Position numbers and translations under genes: made by a program | Notes under the pieces: model-generated | Databases searched by the model: none | What the model saw: the letters and a program-made list of their open reading frames with translations, nothing else | What the model was told of the DNA's origin: nothing | Virus record (IMG/VR): IMGVR_UViG_3300033067_001511 | Coordinates: 1 to 41,992 of that record | Reading direction: 5' to 3' (one strand) | DNA: 41,992 bases | Source: a virus | Taxonomy: Duplodnaviria; Caudoviricetes | In this document: in pieces, positions 8,352 to 18,082 of the stretch | Position numbering within the stretch: the stretch's first letter is position 1 | Layout: each line of letters begins with the position of its first letter

Positions 8352-8756
8352 ATGAAAAAATATGAGAATGAAGAGCAGGAAGCATTGTTTAATTGGATTG
8401 ATTTGCACACAAATAAATATAAAGGCTTAGAAGTTACTTATGCCATCCCAAACGGAGGAAGCAGGCATAAGCTAGAAGCCTACAACTTAAAGAAGCAAGG
8501 CGTAAGACCCGGCGTACCGGATGTATGTATACCTGTAAGCAAAGGTAAATATATCGGATTGTACATTGAGATGAAAGTCGGAAAAAATAAACCAACTAAA
8601 AGTCAAGAGGATTGGATATATAATCTTAAAAAATACGGCCATCATGTTGTCGTATGTTATAGTTGGGTTGAGGCTGTGCAGAGTATTGTAGCATATTTTA
8701 ATCTTGACAAGGAGAGGGAGAGGGAGAGGGAAAATGAGTGTGAAAGAGAAGAGTGA
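8352..8756 (+). CDS. VRR-NUC nuclease (Holliday-junction resolvase-like)
   Basis: EQ, AIPNGGSR, GVRPGVPD, LYIEMK and SQEDW PD-(D/E)xK motifs. Confidence 0.92.
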   Translation: MKKYENEEQEALFNWIDLHTNKYKGLEVTYAIPNGGSRHKLEAYNLKKQGVRPGVPDVCIPVSKGKYIGLYIEMKVGKNKPTKSQEDWIYNLKKYGHHVVVCYSWVEAVQSIVAYFNLDKERERERENECEREE

Positions 8757-9033
8757 TTTTATCCGGATGAACGAGATACAAAAAAGAAATGGCGATATTA
8801 AAGCATTTCCTGTTATAACAAATATTATTTCAGCGAATGCCGGCAAAAATAATTGGGGAAAAATAGAAATGGCTATCGACAATGAAAGTGTACATAGAAT
8901 TATGAACAATGATGTTATTGGGGTTTTATATATTATTTCAAGAAAAGAATGGACTGAAGAATTAAACACTTGTCCAAATAGTGAGTGTGACGGTGGTGAA
9001 TTTTGCATTGACTGTCATACAAAAAATTTATAA
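8734..9033 (+). CDS. Hypothetical protein, paralog of 4131..4343 with C-terminal Cys4 extension
   Basis: Shared RNGDIKAF, AIDNES.HRIMN and GVLYI; extra CPNSECDGGEFCIDCH. Confidence 0.85.
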   Translation: MSVKEKSDFIRMNEIQKRNGDIKAFPVITNIISANAGKNNWGKIEMAIDNESVHRIMNNDVIGVLYIISRKEWTEELNTCPNSECDGGEFCIDCHTKNL

Positions 9034-9082
9034 AGAAAAGAAAAAAGCACAAAAGAATAAATCCACTATTGTGAGGTTAATT

Positions 9083-9493
9083 ATGACCAACAAGGACAAA
9101 ATAAAATACTTATCGCAATATAAAAAACTGCTTATAGAACATAAACAGATTTATATAAACTATGAGAAGATGAGAGAAAAACTTGAATTTCCGGCAATTA
9201 GCGCGCAGGTTATGATGCTAACTCCAACAAGTAGTAATATGCCGTGTAATCCCGTAGAAGCTGAATATTTTCGACTGTTAAGCCTGGAAGAGTTACTTAA
9301 TGAAATATTAATAAGGCTTAGGAATATTGAAAAATCAATTAACCAGTTAGAGGATTCAATACAGAGAACAGTTTTAAGGTTGAGATATATAGACGGTATG
9401 ACCTGGGAAAAAATATGTGTGAACATTAATTATGAATGGGCTTGGACCCATAGAATACACAGTAACGCGCTAAGAAATATCGAAATAACATAA
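9083..9493 (+). CDS. Late transcriptional activator (ArpU/RinA/DUF1492-like)
   Basis: K.KYLSQY N-terminus; RTVLRLRYIDGMTWEKICVNINY.....HRIHSNAL sigma-region-4-like HTH; lies just before terS. Confidence 0.88.
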   Translation: MTNKDKIKYLSQYKKLLIEHKQIYINYEKMREKLEFPAISAQVMMLTPTSSNMPCNPVEAEYFRLLSLEELLNEILIRLRNIEKSINQLEDSIQRTVLRLRYIDGMTWEKICVNINYEWAWTHRIHSNALRNIEIT

Positions 9494-9516
9494 AACATAT
9501 AAAAAAATAAAAAAAG

Positions 9517-9551
9517 AGTATACAAAAGTATATACTTATTTATGTTATACT
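9517..9551 (+). promoter_or_regulatory. Late promoter: direct repeats agtatac/agtatat plus extended -10 TGtTATACT
   Basis: Repeats at 9517 and 9527 (10-bp period) replace the -35; -10 at 9546-9551; sits between the activator and terS. Confidence 0.65.
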
Positions 9552-9663
9552 GTAATTGCCATATTACTAGAACAAATATTATTTGTTCCCAAAGCAAAAT
9601 ACTCCTAAAGGTGAGGGGTATTTTGCTTTATTTATAGAGATTTTTAGGGGAGTTGTGAGAAAA

Positions 9664-10215
9664 ATGGCTAAATTAACACCAAGACAAGAGAAATTTGTCC
9701 AGGGTTTATTTACTGGACTCACACAACGGAAAGCATACAAAGAAGCTTATAATTGTGAGCATTGGCTTGATAAAACAGTTGACGAGAGAGCTTGTGTATT
9801 AGCAAAAAATGACAAGATAAATACAAGGCTTTTAGAATTACAAAATGAAATCAAAGAAAGAAATATGGTTACAGTGGAAAGAATCCTAGCTGAGTATGCA
9901 AAGATAGGATTCTCGGACATTAAAGATTTTTTGGAATATCGCACTGAAAAAACTCAACTTGATGAGGTTGAAGTAGATGAAAATGGCAAAACAACTATGT
10001 ATAAATACAAAATAGTTGTTGAAGCTAAAGACTCTAAGGATATTGATGGAACAGTCGTATCCGAAATATCTTTATCGAAGGACGGAACGTTTAAATTTAA
10101 GTTACATGACAAGCTCAACGCATTGGAAAAGATGGGGAAAACGTTAGGCATGTTTACGGAAAAAATAGAGCATTCCGGAAAATTGGAAATGCCGGATATA
10201 ATCATTGGAAAATAG
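9664..10215 (+). CDS. terS: Terminase small subunit
   Basis: KLTPRQEKFVQG...AYKEAY, ERILAEYAKIGFSDI, KLHDKLNALEKMGKTLGMF. Confidence 0.92.
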   Translation: MAKLTPRQEKFVQGLFTGLTQRKAYKEAYNCEHWLDKTVDERACVLAKNDKINTRLLELQNEIKERNMVTVERILAEYAKIGFSDIKDFLEYRTEKTQLDEVEVDENGKTTMYKYKIVVEAKDSKDIDGTVVSEISLSKDGTFKFKLHDKLNALEKMGKTLGMFTEKIEHSGKLEMPDIIIGK

Positions 10216-10222
10216 GTGTTAT

Positions 10223-11716
10223 ATGACAAAGAAGTTAATCAAAGTAACTCCTTTTTATCATGATTATGTTTTGGCCGAGAAATATAAAGTTATAATTCAG
10301 GTCGGGGGAAGGTTTTCGAGTAAATCGTACAATTCTGAAATTGAAATGGCCTGTAATTTAGCAAAAAAAAAGCGGTATAAATTACTTGTCATAGAAGATC
10401 TGGAAACAGGAATAACCAAAGGATACTATGCCGGCCTTAAGCATAAAATAGAGCTATTTGGCCAAGAAAATGCTTATAGTTTTACGAAGTCGCCGGCGCA
10501 AATAACAAACAAAGTAAACAAAAATGTAGCTTTGTTTTCGGGTTATGCGTCTGATCAGCAAAAAAAAGCAGTTAAAGCTATTGATCAAGTTACAGAAATC
10601 ATTGTTGAGGAAGGCGAATGGCTTACTTACAATGATTTTATTTCTTTATTGCATCAATTAAGAGGAGGAGATCCTGAAGATAGAAAACTGACTGTACTTA
10701 TGAATCCGGTAAATCCAGATTGTTTCGTAAATGAAATGTTTATTGAGACAAAACCAGATAAAGTTTTGGCTTATTTCAAAAATAGCAACAGGCCAAAAGT
10801 TTTTGAGAAAGAGATAATAACGAAATTTGAGTATCAAAACGAGATTATAACTGATACTACAACAGTTTTGATTGCTTTATCAACGCATCACGATAATCCA
10901 TATCTAACTATGGACCAGAGGGCCTCAATTGAACAGCTCAAGACGACAGACCCAGACAAATATGCGCAACTTGGTGAAGCTCGATTTATAAGGTCAAAAG
11001 GTGTTTATTTTAAAGAGTTTTCAAGGGATATACATGTTATTGAGCCTTTTGTTATTCCGGAGCATTGGCACCGATATACTACTAAGGATTACGGTTTAGA
11101 TATGTTGGCGCAATATTGGATTGCAATAGATCCAGAGGGTAATGCTTATGTTTACAAGGAATTATATCAAAGCGATTTAATCGTATCGGCAGCGGCAAAA
11201 AGAATAGCAGAAATTAATAATAACGACAAAATAAAAATCAAATATGCACCGCCGGATCTTGAGAATAGGCAAAAGGATACCGGTAAGAGTATATTTGATT
11301 TGTTTCGGGAGAACGGCGAAATATTAAACAAGTCCGATGGTAGACGAGTTGACGGATGGTTAGCCGTGAAGGAATGGCTTAAAGTTATTGAAACAAAGGA
11401 TTTGGAAACAGGCGCAATTATTAAAACATCACGACTAAAGGTTTTTAATAATTGCGAGAATTTAATAAGTTGTATGTTGAAAATCTTGAAAGACGAAAAA
11501 GATGCAAATGATGTAGCCACCGTACCGCACGATATAACCCATGCACCGGATGCGCTGAGATACCTTTGCATTATGAGACAAGCACCGCCTGTAATTCAAA
11601 GCAATGTGCAGAAAGGTTTTTATTTGGAGTCGGAGCTACAAGATATGGTTATAAGTGGGAAAATAACCAGAAAACAAATGAAGGATTATTTGGAGAAGGG
11701 AGTTAAATCATGGTGA
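10223..11716 (+). CDS. terL: Terminase large subunit (PBSX/SPP1-like)
   Basis: Walker A variant GGRFSSKS, Walker B IIVEE, MNP coupling motif, nuclease DYG and HAPDALRY. Confidence 0.93.
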   Translation: MTKKLIKVTPFYHDYVLAEKYKVIIQVGGRFSSKSYNSEIEMACNLAKKKRYKLLVIEDLETGITKGYYAGLKHKIELFGQENAYSFTKSPAQITNKVNKNVALFSGYASDQQKKAVKAIDQVTEIIVEEGEWLTYNDFISLLHQLRGGDPEDRKLTVLMNPVNPDCFVNEMFIETKPDKVLAYFKNSNRPKVFEKEIITKFEYQNEIITDTTTVLIALSTHHDNPYLTMDQRASIEQLKTTDPDKYAQLGEARFIRSKGVYFKEFSRDIHVIEPFVIPEHWHRYTTKDYGLDMLAQYWIAIDPEGNAYVYKELYQSDLIVSAAAKRIAEINNNDKIKIKYAPPDLENRQKDTGKSIFDLFRENGEILNKSDGRRVDGWLAVKEWLKVIETKDLETGAIIKTSRLKVFNNCENLISCMLKILKDEKDANDVATVPHDITHAPDALRYLCIMRQAPPVIQSNVQKGFYLESELQDMVISGKITRKQMKDYLEKGVKSW

Positions 11717-12000
11717 GTAGTGTTTTTAGTATTATTATAATTTTGTTTTTAAGTTTCATTGTTATTTACAAAACATATGAGAATAACAAACTTGAATATG
11801 CGATTGAAAATAAAGAATTTGTTATCAAAAAACTTAAAATTGATATTGAAATTCTTAAAATTGACAAGGATCATCTTATAAAAGAACTCAATGCACTGAT
11901 TGACAGTAGAAAAAAAGCTAATGTAAAAGATGAAAAAATTGCAAACATATTCCGCACTAATAAAGGATTACTAAGTTATCAAAAGTATATTAGAGAGTGA
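11710..12000 (+). CDS. Small protein with N-terminal membrane anchor and coiled coil
   Basis: VFSIIIILFLSFIVIY followed by heptads; GGGAG RBS; overlaps the terL stop. Confidence 0.7.
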   Translation: MVSSVFSIIIILFLSFIVIYKTYENNKLEYAIENKEFVIKKLKIDIEILKIDKDHLIKELNALIDSRKKANVKDEKIANIFRTNKGLLSYQKYIRE

Positions 12001-12011
12001 GGTTTTAAAAC

Positions 12012-13925
12012 TTGATAAAAGATAAAAACAACACCGGAGTACAAACTTTAGAAGATAAATTTTATCAGCAAGGAGCCACAGAAACATATAACGATCTTAA
12101 TACGCAGAAACAAAGACATAAATCACAATTTTATTTAGAGCGTTATGATTCACTGAAAGCAGAAATGCTTCAGCGAGAAGAAGAATGGAATAAGATTGAA
12201 AAGCAATATAAATGTGAACGCGAATACATAGAAGACGCTCCAAATAGTTTTATTCCTGTTTCTGCGCCAATCATAAATGGTCAAATAGCTAGTATGATTG
12301 ACCAAAATATTGCTACAAAAGTAAAAGGAATTGGACCTGCTGATCAACATTTTGCGGCCAGTGGTCAAAAAATATGTGAATTATTTTTACGTCACAACAA
12401 GATCAAGCAAAAGCTAAAAAGTATAATAGGCAGGTACCTGAAATTTGGCACTGGTTGGATAGCTATTGAATGGGATGCAGAAGCTATTGATGGATTTGGC
12501 ATACCTGTGGTAAGGAATCCTCAAACTACTAAAATATTAATTGATGGCAATATCAAAGATACACTTGATTATCAAAAAGCACGATATTTGATTGAAGAAG
12601 TTGGGTATCAATCTATAATGTGGGCAAGGGAAGAATTTGGAGACGAGATTGCTAATCATTTAATGCTTAATACAAGTGAACCGGATTTTGATGCGGAAGT
12701 TTTAGATGATGAGCAATTTTCATTTTTATATATTAAAGTATGGCACAGGAACAATGAATATGGGAATTTACAACTACTCGAAATGGATGATACCGGTTTT
12801 GTGCTTAGAGAATCAGATCCGAAGTCGCCTTTTTATGAGTATGTTGATAATCAATATCCGTATTATCCAATAGGATTATATCAAGCAGAGGGCGAATTTC
12901 ACCGGTTTGGCGATGGAAAGTTGTTATTCTTCATTCAAGACACAATTAACAAATTGTATGACGAGATTATAACTGCTTGTAAATTTACAGCACAGAGCAG
13001 GACATTCGTGGATCCTAACGGGCAAATGGATCCGGATGATTTTGACAACAACCCAAATCATCCCATACCATGCATGAATCCACGAGAGAATATATTTGTT
13101 GCCAGTAGCGGTACTTTAAATCCTGTCGTCGAGAGACTTGTTGCAAATCTAATGAATGAAGCTAGAAGAGCTATAAGATTTAGCGATTTAATGACCGGAA
13201 ATAGTCCAGGTGAAAGTATAACGGCTACTCAAGCAGGTATACAGACTAACCAGGGGAATACCGGGATATCGGACAAAAAAGGTGATGTCTCTGAAGGGCT
13301 TAAGTTTATTATTACTTACGCGATTAATTTATGCATTGAGCTTTGGGATGGTGGGCATTGGTTTAGAGTTACAGAGGATTCAGATGATTTTGAATGGATT
13401 GACGGGTCGCAACTTGCAAACATACCTGTGCTTATTCCTTCAGATGATGAGTTTAGGGATAGATGGTTAGAAAATCATCCTAACTCTGATATAAGTCTGG
13501 TACCGAAATATATGCAATATATTCCTAGTAATGACATAACAAATGACATGGATGAGATTATTGCAAAAGCTAATGAGCCGCAAACCAAAAAGGCAATATT
13601 CGATATCAATGTAAGTATAGGCGAAGGGATGCCTTCATCTCCAGTTGCCTTATACAATATCATGCTTAGTTTAGCATCAATATCTTTAATCGACGAAGAA
13701 ACCGGACAACCAAGACCATTAATAACGTATGCGCAATTTAGGAAAATGATGGAGGATACGTTGGGTATACCATTTGATGAAGCTATGGAAGAGGCAAAAA
13801 AACTATCAACGCAAGGTGTTGTTACACCTGTTAGCGGCGGAGGAACACAAAAAACTTTGAATATGTCGGCCAATATACCTAATGCAAACATCAACAACCA
13901 AGTAAAAAACGGTATTCCCGGATAG
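12012..13925 (+). CDS. Portal protein (P22-like podovirus type)
   Basis: 637 aa after terL; YLKFGTGW, GDGKLLFFIQDTINKL and TATQAGI motifs. Confidence 0.88.
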   Translation: MIKDKNNTGVQTLEDKFYQQGATETYNDLNTQKQRHKSQFYLERYDSLKAEMLQREEEWNKIEKQYKCEREYIEDAPNSFIPVSAPIINGQIASMIDQNIATKVKGIGPADQHFAASGQKICELFLRHNKIKQKLKSIIGRYLKFGTGWIAIEWDAEAIDGFGIPVVRNPQTTKILIDGNIKDTLDYQKARYLIEEVGYQSIMWAREEFGDEIANHLMLNTSEPDFDAEVLDDEQFSFLYIKVWHRNNEYGNLQLLEMDDTGFVLRESDPKSPFYEYVDNQYPYYPIGLYQAEGEFHRFGDGKLLFFIQDTINKLYDEIITACKFTAQSRTFVDPNGQMDPDDFDNNPNHPIPCMNPRENIFVASSGTLNPVVERLVANLMNEARRAIRFSDLMTGNSPGESITATQAGIQTNQGNTGISDKKGDVSEGLKFIITYAINLCIELWDGGHWFRVTEDSDDFEWIDGSQLANIPVLIPSDDEFRDRWLENHPNSDISLVPKYMQYIPSNDITNDMDEIIAKANEPQTKKAIFDINVSIGEGMPSSPVALYNIMLSLASISLIDEETGQPRPLITYAQFRKMMEDTLGIPFDEAMEEAKKLSTQGVVTPVSGGGTQKTLNMSANIPNANINNQVKNGIPG

Positions 13926-13935
13926 GAGAAAAAGA

Positions 13936-14331
13936 ATGAAAAATAAAAAATTTTTTTATGGAGATAAAATAAAAATTGAAAGTGTTAACTCAATGAAATT
14001 TTTAAAAAATATCCATCCAAAGTATGCAGAGCATATGTATCATTTCAACCGAATAGTCGAAGCATTTGCAATGTCCGAATACGGGGGTGTTGATATCCTT
14101 GAACAGCCGATATGTAAAAAATGTGAAAAACCTGGTATGAACACAATTAATACAAATTATGTAAGTACCGGAGATGAGGATAAGGATAGGGAGGTGAGAA
14201 ATTGTTTTTGTGAGTCGTGTGGCACTACATCATACAACACACTTACATTAAAGGATTATCTTGTAAAAGAACTTAATGTACAGATAGACCAAATCGAGCA
14301 ACTTGAAAACAATATAAGCGGAGGTATTTAG
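13936..14331 (+). CDS. Hypothetical Zn-ribbon protein (CKKC...CESC)
   Basis: AGGAG RBS; operon context. Confidence 0.75.
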   Translation: MKNKKFFYGDKIKIESVNSMKFLKNIHPKYAEHMYHFNRIVEAFAMSEYGGVDILEQPICKKCEKPGMNTINTNYVSTGDEDKDREVRNCFCESCGTTSYNTLTLKDYLVKELNVQIDQIEQLENNISGGI

Positions 14332-14332
14332 A

Positions 14333-14656
14333 ATGAATTTAAAATTGATTGGCCGTATCGAACTAAATGGGAAAAAAATAACATTAGATGATAGTGATGG
14401 TGTTGTACTGAAAACAAAATTCGGACTACCTGATAATTGGTATGGTGGTACGGTAAAAGAATTTAGAAAAATTAAAAACAGCAAATATTTAATGTGTTTG
14501 GACAAAAAAGATAAAATAATAAATATTGCATATGACGAAGATGAACCATTGGAGGGTAGTGAAAAAATACCTGAAGAAATACAAGATGAAATACAAGATG
14601 AAACAGATAATGATTTTTCCCCAAGACTCGGAAAAAACAAAAGTAAAAAGAAATAA
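14333..14656 (+). CDS. Hypothetical protein
   Basis: GGAGGT RBS; operon context. Confidence 0.7.
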   Translation: MNLKLIGRIELNGKKITLDDSDGVVLKTKFGLPDNWYGGTVKEFRKIKNSKYLMCLDKKDKIINIAYDEDEPLEGSEKIPEEIQDEIQDETDNDFSPRLGKNKSKKK

Positions 14657-14668
14657 TCATAAAAGCTT

Positions 14669-14768
14669 GCGTGAGGTTAATCACGTTAATATATATTCGC
14701 GGAGGAAACCGCATAAACCTGTTTTGAGACTTTTAGGAAAAATGTCTCTTAATTTTGCTCGGCGGAGC
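14669..14768 (+). promoter_or_regulatory. Structured leader (four hairpins) upstream of the scaffold gene
   Basis: gcgtga/tcacgt, gcgg/ccgc, gagac/gtctc and gctc/gagc stems in a GC-richer 130-nt gap. Confidence 0.5.
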
Positions 14769-14786
14769 GTAAACGTGGAGGGTATT

Positions 14787-15626
14787 ATGACAAAAAAAGA
14801 ATATGAGATTTTCAATATTGATTTACAACTGTTTGGTAATGAGCCTGATGAGTATGATTTAGAATTGGATGATGATGATGATGATTCGTTTGATAATGAT
14901 GATGATGAGTATGATACTCAAGAAGATAACGAAGATGGCGAAACCGAATTGGAAGACAAGTCAGAAGATGAGGAAGATGCCTCCTATGACACCGATGATA
15001 CGCACGATGAAAAAATCAAAAAGCCAAAGGATAAAATAACTGCCGCTCTTATCAAACAGAAACAAATTAATAGAGATCTCAAATCTAAATTGGAGTTATT
15101 GGAAAAGCAAGAAAAGGAAGATGAAATTAAAAACAGAAAAAAAGCTCTAATAGAAAAACTTGTAGAAAAAGGATATGACGAAGACGAAGCGATGTTAGAA
15201 GCTGAAAAGCAACTAGACAATGAAGCAGTCAAAAACACAGTAAAAAAACTTGAGTTTTTGACAGAAAACGCTGATGTACTAGCAAAATATCCGCAAGCTA
15301 GAAAAAATATTGAGAGACTTATTAAGTTACAAAAATCAACCGGGTGGAGCATTGACAAAATATGTCGTGTAGAATATGCGGCCGCAGATAATCCTTTTGA
15401 CAAAAAAGTAAAAAGCGACCAAGAAAACAGGCTAAAAAACAAGAAGAGAGTATCAACAACTCCTGCCGGTGGTCAGACACCAATACAAAGTATCAAACTT
15501 GATCCTGAAGACGAGAGAGCTTATAAGTTTTACGCGAAAAAAAATCCAGGAGTGAGTAGAAAACAGTACGCAGAATATTTAGTGCAGGCAAGCAAGCAAA
15601 AGATCCCTCATGATAGTTGGGATTAA
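14787..15626 (+). CDS. Capsid scaffolding protein
   Basis: GGAGGG RBS before ATG 14787 (the 14526 extension is spurious); IDLQLFG motif, acidic tract, coiled coil; lies between portal and capsid. Confidence 0.85.
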   Translation: MTKKEYEIFNIDLQLFGNEPDEYDLELDDDDDDSFDNDDDEYDTQEDNEDGETELEDKSEDEEDASYDTDDTHDEKIKKPKDKITAALIKQKQINRDLKSKLELLEKQEKEDEIKNRKKALIEKLVEKGYDEDEAMLEAEKQLDNEAVKNTVKKLEFLTENADVLAKYPQARKNIERLIKLQKSTGWSIDKICRVEYAAADNPFDKKVKSDQENRLKNKKRVSTTPAGGQTPIQSIKLDPEDERAYKFYAKKNPGVSRKQYAEYLVQASKQKIPHDSWD

Positions 15627-15651
15627 GATTAATTGAAATGGAGGAAAACAT

Positions 15652-16053
15652 ATGTGGTTGAGAGATTCAAGTAAATCGTCAGTTATTAGAGGTACGGTTG
15701 GTAGCGGTGGAGTAGCAAAAGGTGACTTGTGTGCGATATCAAGTAACACATTTGTAAAAATAACAGATGCACCAGGAGATTATACTGTTTGTGCGGTAGC
15801 GTTGGAAGCAGGGGCTGCAACCGATGTAATCAATTTTGAGCTTGTATCAAATGCACCAATAATAACAGCAAAGTATACAGGGTCAAGCAAAACAAGTCTA
15901 ACGGATGCTGACATTACTAAGGTATTTGATATTAGCGATGCACAGACTATTGATTTGGATGATACTACCGGAGGTACTGCTTTATGTGTTGATTATGACA
16001 ATGATTTAGATTTAATACATTTCATTGTGTATCCTGCTGATAGAGCTGTCTAA
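15652..16053 (+). CDS. Capsid decoration/cement protein
   Basis: 133 aa, G/A/T/D-rich beta protein between scaffold and major capsid protein; GGAGG RBS. Confidence 0.65.
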   Translation: MWLRDSSKSSVIRGTVGSGGVAKGDLCAISSNTFVKITDAPGDYTVCAVALEAGAATDVINFELVSNAPIITAKYTGSSKTSLTDADITKVFDISDAQTIDLDDTTGGTALCVDYDNDLDLIHFIVYPADRAV

Positions 16054-16089
16054 TTGCAATAAAATTAAATTAAAAAGGAGTGATATTTA

Positions 16090-16995
16090 ATGCCAAGTAC
16101 AAGAGCTGATATTGCTAGATATTTGTCAGATAAGATAAGCGAATCGTTTTATGACAATCTCAAAAAACAAAAGAAAGAAGAGTATAAAGACTTTTTTACT
16201 CCAAAACAATCGACTAAAGATGAAGAAATTTATGCTTCCGTTGGGAATTTATTGCCTGCTGAAGAAAAAACCGAAGGTGGACCGTTGCATTACGATACAT
16301 TCAAGGAAATGTATTTTACAACAGTCATCAACAAGACATATGACCGAGGATTCTCAGCTACATGGGAAGATACGGAAGATGATCCGGACAAAGTTTTAAA
16401 CAAAGTTAAAACCGGAGGCATGATTCGTTCAATGATAAGTAAGAGAGAAAAAAATGCAGCAGCGGTTGTTGATGGAGTATTTACATCTATTAGTGCAGAT
16501 GGAAAAGCGTATGCTGCTAATGACCATCCACTTGATACAACTAAAACAGCACTTGTTAATGACAATCTAATGTCCGCAGGTCCAATAACGCCAGATAATG
16601 TTATTGATGGTTGCAACATGTTTAACAGTATTTATGATTATGCCGGAAGTTTATTTGATACCTCTGCAACGGCAATATTAGCGCATAGCAATCAACAGGC
16701 GAGAGTTAATGCAGTTTTATCGAGCAACTTAAAAGCACAGGAATTGTCCAACACTAAAAACACTGTACCACAACTCAGGGCTAAGTTTGGACGATACATC
16801 AACTTGTATTACTGGCACTTGATTGATGAGAATATTGATTCTTTCATATTTCAACGACGGACCGGACTTTTACCAATAAGCGACCAGGATAAAATTAGCA
16901 CTCTGAATTTTTATTGGGCTATGGTTGAAAGATACCGTGCCGCTCAGATTAATCCCGGATTTGGTCATGTAAGTAATCCATATACCGGTGCATAG
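16090..16995 (+). CDS. Major capsid protein (HK97 fold, Mu gpT-like subfamily)
   Basis: EKTEGG.L.YD, Y.RGF..T.ED.EDD and ADGKAY.ANDHPL motifs; followed by a strong terminator. Confidence 0.88.
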   Translation: MPSTRADIARYLSDKISESFYDNLKKQKKEEYKDFFTPKQSTKDEEIYASVGNLLPAEEKTEGGPLHYDTFKEMYFTTVINKTYDRGFSATWEDTEDDPDKVLNKVKTGGMIRSMISKREKNAAAVVDGVFTSISADGKAYAANDHPLDTTKTALVNDNLMSAGPITPDNVIDGCNMFNSIYDYAGSLFDTSATAILAHSNQQARVNAVLSSNLKAQELSNTKNTVPQLRAKFGRYINLYYWHLIDENIDSFIFQRRTGLLPISDQDKISTLNFYWAMVERYRAAQINPGFGHVSNPYTGA

Positions 16996-17014
16996 AAAAA
17001 AATACAAATAAATT

Positions 17015-17052
17015 ATTAAGAGAGTCAAATTTGGCTCTCTTAATTTATTTTA
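17015..17052 (+). terminator. Rho-independent terminator after the capsid gene
   Basis: attaagagagtcaa-at-ttggctctcttaat followed by ttattttt. Confidence 0.85.
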
Positions 17053-17073
17053 ATCGAAAGGAAGTGTTTTTAT

Positions 17074-18030
17074 ATGTATCAAGTTACTGGGCCTGTAAGT
17101 GGTCCTTATACAGCACCTATCGTTATGAGAGACGAAGAAGGTAATGAGAAAGTAGTTATTGATAGATCAGGTAATGTGTATACAGGCATTGAAGCCGGAG
17201 ACAGATTTTTTGTTGATGTAAATTATGGTGTTGACACGAATGATGGTTTAAGTTTTAATTCGCCACTTAAAACTTTGGCTGCCGCAATAGTGAAAAGTAA
17301 TGCAAGTATAGCAGCAGGCGCTAAAGGTTGGGCGGCTAGAAACAAAATATACTACAAAGGTGACAACAATGAGGCAAGCGCCGAGTCACTAATAACATTA
17401 CCGAACAAATGTGATGTTATAGGTGTTGGCTCTTATGATCATAGGAGTTATCCGGTTATGATAGGAAACCATGTTATTGGTGCCGGTGCTTATATGGGTA
17501 CTAGATTTATTAACATGGGATTTAGATCATTGGCGGCAGGAGGTGTTATATTCACAGCTCCAACTACTACGAGTGGGCTACAATTTATTGGGTGTCATTT
17601 TGATGGGCGAACAACTACACCGGCAACTAAAGCTATACTTCTAACGGCAGTTGAAGAAGCTGCAATTATTGGATGTAGATTTATCGGGAAGTATTCTACA
17701 TCCACCATAGATATTGGTACCGGATCTAGTAGAGCGCTACTTATAAAAGATAATATAATTGAGTCAGGTGCAATCGGTATAACTGTACATTCTGGACTTA
17801 CATGTGCTGATGCAGTTGCAATGATACTCAATAATGTATTTGATGTTGTTACGCTAGTAATTGATGAGAACTCGGACAAAGTTATTGTTGGTGGTAATCG
17901 AGGTAGAACTCAAGCTAATGGTACAGTAGCATTGACCATTGACTATAATGCAGTTATGGCCTATGATAATATATTTGCTCATTCTGCCGGTGTTAGTCAA
18001 TATCCTGTGCTAGTAACAATTCCTACATAA
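17074..18030 (+). CDS. Virion protein with right-handed beta-helix (pectin-lyase-like) domain, possible head fibre
   Basis: FFVDVNYGVDTNDGLSFNSPLKTLAAAI start-of-beta-helix motif; repeated I.GC.F / I.NN.F strands. Confidence 0.7.
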   Translation: MYQVTGPVSGPYTAPIVMRDEEGNEKVVIDRSGNVYTGIEAGDRFFVDVNYGVDTNDGLSFNSPLKTLAAAIVKSNASIAAGAKGWAARNKIYYKGDNNEASAESLITLPNKCDVIGVGSYDHRSYPVMIGNHVIGAGAYMGTRFINMGFRSLAAGGVIFTAPTTTSGLQFIGCHFDGRTTTPATKAILLTAVEEAAIIGCRFIGKYSTSTIDIGTGSSRALLIKDNIIESGAIGITVHSGLTCADAVAMILNNVFDVVTLVIDENSDKVIVGGNRGRTQANGTVALTIDYNAVMAYDNIFAHSAGVSQYPVLVTIPT

Positions 18031-18064
18031 CTAACATAACATAAATAATCTTCTCATAAATATA

Positions 18065-18082
18065 TTGGGGCTTCGGCCCCAA
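18065..18082 (+). other. cUUCGg tetraloop hairpin abutting the RBS of 18097
   Basis: ttggggc-ttcg-gccccaa immediately before AGGAGG. Confidence 0.75.

Noticed and set aside
14526-14786. 87-aa N-terminal extension of the scaffold ORF
   Set aside because: Overlaps the upstream gene; strong RBS and Prp motif place the start at 14787.
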